Shown here piece after piece: positions 61,368-64,000 of a stretch of 64,000 nt of DNA (positions within the stretch are counted from its first letter, which is position 1; every line of letters begins with the position of its first letter). The translations under genes were made by a program, and so were the position numbers. The notes under the pieces are model-generated. The model was not told the origin of the DNA. It did no database searches and saw only the letters and a program-made list of their open reading frames with translations. Source of the DNA: an uncultured cyanobacterium (GTDB taxonomy: Bacteria; Cyanobacteriota; Cyanobacteriia; PCC-6307; Cyanobiaceae). The DNA lies in NCBI GenBank assembly GCA_963765575.1, contig CAVXWZ010000002.1, forward strand, positions 1 to 64,000, written 5' to 3'.

Positions 61368-62375
61368 GTGGGCGTGACCGTGTCACTTGAGGATCTCACC
61401 GCCCGGCTGGAGGAGCTGGAGGGCGACGCCGCCCGGGCGATCGCCGGCGCCAGCAGCGCCGCCGATCTGGAGCAGCTGCGCGTGGGTCTGCTGGGCAAGA
61501 AGGGCCGCCTCTCAGCGGTGCTGGGGGCGATGGGCACGCTGTCGGGGCCGGATCGGCCCGTGATCGGCCAGCGCGCCAACGTGCTCAAGCAGCAGCTGCA
61601 GACGCTGCTGGCCGAGCGGCTGGGGGCGGTGAAGTCGGCGGCCCTGGCCGAGCGCCTGGAGCGCGAACGCCTGGACGTCACGGCCCCGAGCCGCTACGTG
61701 CCGGCGGGGCACCGCCACCCGCTGATCAGCACGACCGAGGAGATCGTGGACATCTTCTCCGGCCTCGGCTACCGCGTGTCGGAGGGCCCTGAGATCGAGA
61801 CCGACTACTACAACTTCACCGCCCTCAACATCCCCGAGCACCACCCCGCCCGGGACATGCAGGACACCTTCTACCTCCAGGACGGTCGCCTGCTGCGCAC
61901 CCACACCTCACCGGTGCAGATCCGCCACCTTGAGCACAATCCGCCGCCGGTGCGGGTGATCGCTCCTGGGCGGGTGTACCGCCGCGACGCCGTGGATGCC
62001 ACCCACTCGCCGGTGTTCCACCAGGTGGAGGTGCTGGCGATCGACGAGGGGCTCGCCTTCACCCACCTGCGTGGCACGGTGACGGCCTTTCTGCAGCGCT
62101 TCTTCGGCGACCTGCCGGTGCGCTTCCGCGCCAGCTACTTCCCCTTCACCGAACCCAGCGCCGAGGTGGACGTGCAGTGGCGGGGGCGCTGGCTGGAGGT
62201 GATGGGCTGCGGCATGGTCGATCCGGCGGTGCTCGAGGGCATGGGGCTGGATCCGGAGCGCTGGAGCGGTTTCGCCGCTGGTCTGGGGGTGGAGCGGTTC
62301 TGCATGGTGCGCCACGGCATCGACGACATCCGCCGGCTTTACACCAGCGATCTGCGCTTCCTGGAGCAGTTCTGA
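61368..62375 (+). CDS. pheS: Phenylalanine--tRNA ligase alpha subunit
   Basis: [45 protein letters not shown]. Confidence 0.98.
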   Translation: MGVTVSLEDLTARLEELEGDAARAIAGASSAADLEQLRVGLLGKKGRLSAVLGAMGTLSGPDRPVIGQRANVLKQQLQTLLAERLGAVKSAALAERLERERLDVTAPSRYVPAGHRHPLISTTEEIVDIFSGLGYRVSEGPEIETDYYNFTALNIPEHHPARDMQDTFYLQDGRLLRTHTSPVQIRHLEHNPPPVRVIAPGRVYRRDAVDATHSPVFHQVEVLAIDEGLAFTHLRGTVTAFLQRFFGDLPVRFRASYFPFTEPSAEVDVQWRGRWLEVMGCGMVDPAVLEGMGLDPERWSGFAAGLGVERFCMVRHGIDDIRRLYTSDLRFLEQF

Positions 62376-62416
62376 GCACAGCCCATAAACTCAACCAGCT
62401 CCCCGCCCAGCGATCG

Positions 62417-63340
62417 GTGCCCCGCGTCGGACTGATCGTGAATGACGGCAAGACCCTGGCCGTGGACACCGCCGATGCGCTCGAGCAGCGTTTCGACGAC
62501 CACGGCTGGGAAGTGCGCCGGGTGAGCAGCTCCGGCGGCATGGTGGGCTTCGCCAACCCCGACCAGCACCTGCGCAGCCGCGGCTACAGGGCCTGCGTGC
62601 CGACCTGTTTCGGGGAGGAGCTCGATCTGGAGCTGGCGATCGTGCTCGGCGGGGATGGCACCGTGCTCTCGGCGGCGCGCCAGACGGCACCGATCGGCCT
62701 GCCCATCCTCACCATCAACACCGGCCACCTGGGCTTTCTGGCCGAGGCCTACCTGCACCAGCTCGATGGGGCCCTGGAGCAGGTGATCGCCGGCCGCTGG
62801 GCGGTGGAGGAGCGCAGCATGTTGGTGGTGAGCGTGATGCGCAGCGAGCAGCGCCGCTGGGAGGTGCTCTGCCTCAACGAGATGGCCCTGCACCGCGAGC
62901 CGCTCACCTCGATGTGCCACTTCGAGATCGCCATCGGCCGCCACGCCCCGGTGGACATCGCCGCCGACGGCGTGATCCTCTCCACCCCCACCGGCTCCAC
63001 CGCCTATGCCCTCAGTGCCGGCGGCCCGGTGATCACCCCCGACTGCCCGGTGCTGCAACTCACGCCGATCGCGCCCCACTCGCTGGCTTCGCGGGCCCTG
63101 GTGTTCAGCGACCGCGAGCCGGTGACGGTGTTTCCGGCCACACCGGAGCGGCTGATGATGGTGGTGGACGGCAGCGCCGGCTGTTACATCTGGCCCGAGG
63201 ACCGCATCCTGATCCGCCGCAGCGACCATCCGGTGCGCTTCGTGAGGCTGGCCGATCACGAGTTCTTCGGGGTGCTGCGCAACAAGCTCGGCTGGGGCCT
63301 GCCGCACATGGCCAAGCCCGACAACGGGGCCCTGCCTTGA
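62417..63340 (+). CDS. nadK: NAD+ kinase
   Basis: [43 protein letters not shown] start at 62417. Confidence 0.95.
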   Translation: MPRVGLIVNDGKTLAVDTADALEQRFDDHGWEVRRVSSSGGMVGFANPDQHLRSRGYRACVPTCFGEELDLELAIVLGGDGTVLSAARQTAPIGLPILTINTGHLGFLAEAYLHQLDGALEQVIAGRWAVEERSMLVVSVMRSEQRRWEVLCLNEMALHREPLTSMCHFEIAIGRHAPVDIAADGVILSTPTGSTAYALSAGGPVITPDCPVLQLTPIAPHSLASRALVFSDREPVTVFPATPERLMMVVDGSAGCYIWPEDRILIRRSDHPVRFVRLADHEFFGVLRNKLGWGLPHMAKPDNGALP

Positions 63341-63999
63341 GCACGGCCCGGCTGCTGCTGCTGGGAGCCGAGGCCGAGGCCCTGGCCCCCCGCCTGAAGG
63401 CCTCGGGCTACGGGCTGGAGCAGGGCCTGGAGCCGATGCAGCCAGCCCCCGATCTGGTGCTGCTGTCGGCGGCGGCGCAGGGGCGCATCCCCGAGCTGCG
63501 CCGCCGCTTCGCCGATGTGCCGCTGCTGCTGGCGGTGGAGGACGACTCGGTGGACGAGCGGGTGCGCTGCCTGAGCGCCGGCGCCGACGACTTCTGGCTG
63601 CCGGGGCTGGGGCCCAGCGACCTGCTGATGCGGGTGCGGCTGCAGCTCAGGCTGCGCCAGCGCAGCGGCCTGCCCTCGGCCCTGCTGCGGTTGGCCGACC
63701 TCAGCCTCAATCCCAGCAACCGCCAGGTGAAGCGCGGCAACCGGACGGTGGCCCTCACCGCCCGGGAATACCAGCTGCTGCTGTTGCTGCTCGAGCGCCA
63801 GGGGACGGTGGTGAGCCGCGAGCAGATCCTGCGCCAGGTGTGGAAGGACGATCGCGGCATGGCCAGCAACGTGATCGAGGTGTATGTGCGCTACCTGCGC
63901 CAGAAGCTGGAGCAGGAGGACGAGCGGCGCCTGATCCACACGATCCGCGGCCGGGGTTACTGCCTCAGCGCCGGCCTTCCCCAAATCGATGCGCCCTGA
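63337..63999 (+). CDS. OmpR-family response regulator with a degenerate receiver domain (NblR-like)
   Basis: Winged helix [37 protein letters not shown]; the receiver retains GADDF. Confidence 0.85.
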   Translation: MSTARLLLLGAEAEALAPRLKASGYGLEQGLEPMQPAPDLVLLSAAAQGRIPELRRRFADVPLLLAVEDDSVDERVRCLSAGADDFWLPGLGPSDLLMRVRLQLRLRQRSGLPSALLRLADLSLNPSNRQVKRGNRTVALTAREYQLLLLLLERQGTVVSREQILRQVWKDDRGMASNVIEVYVRYLRQKLEQEDERRLIHTIRGRGYCLSAGLPQIDAP

Positions 64000-64000
64000 A

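Noticed and set aside
8626..63984. Many long overlapping or antisense ORFs (e.g. 9948..11492, 15848..17533, 23311..24600, 28564..30144, 42937..44979, 47351..49168)
   Set aside because: Expected shadows of high-GC genes with strong codon bias; a recognisable gene occupies another frame in each case.

Overview
This is a high-GC cyanobacterial chromosome segment. Gene content and order (psbD-psbC, ycf4, petM, a CpcS-family lyase, ARC6/Ftn2, NTRC, split pntA1/pntA2/pntB) point to a Cyanobium/Synechococcus-type picocyanobacterium (inference). Most of the 64 kb is core genome: gmd-fcl, cysS, dxr, pnt, infA, ilvN, cobQ, mnmA, nnr, a group 2 sigma factor, pdhA, ffh-rpsP-phoH, era, trmD, ispF, larB, thiS-thiE, ribF, surE, pheS, nadK and an nblR-like regulator. 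I recognised no rRNA, tRNA or CRISPR array. Accessory or unexplained elements are: (1) a secreted protein with two tandem Ig-like repeats, a C-terminal TM helix and a 28-Gly tail, divergent from gmd-fcl; (2) a low-GC islet starting at the cysS stop codon, with a decayed IS5-family end, a DUF2256 gene, two coupled micro-membrane proteins and a broken membrane-anchored Cys protein; (3) DUF368/PopT divergent from dxr; (4) two 6-Cys YcgJ-like paralogs flanking maf; (5) a four-gene islet between trmD and ispF (SPFH and NfeD head-to-head, plus a FixL/FixJ-like PAS kinase and LuxR regulator). Three small genes below the ORF-track cutoff were read by hand outside that islet: petM, a probable ndhQ, and a 28-aa TM peptide near infA. 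Several genes carry single-base +1 insertions (fcl twice, the surface protein, YcgJ copy 1, nnr twice), which most likely reflect assembly error rather than real pseudogenes. All family assignments come from motif recognition, not database searches.
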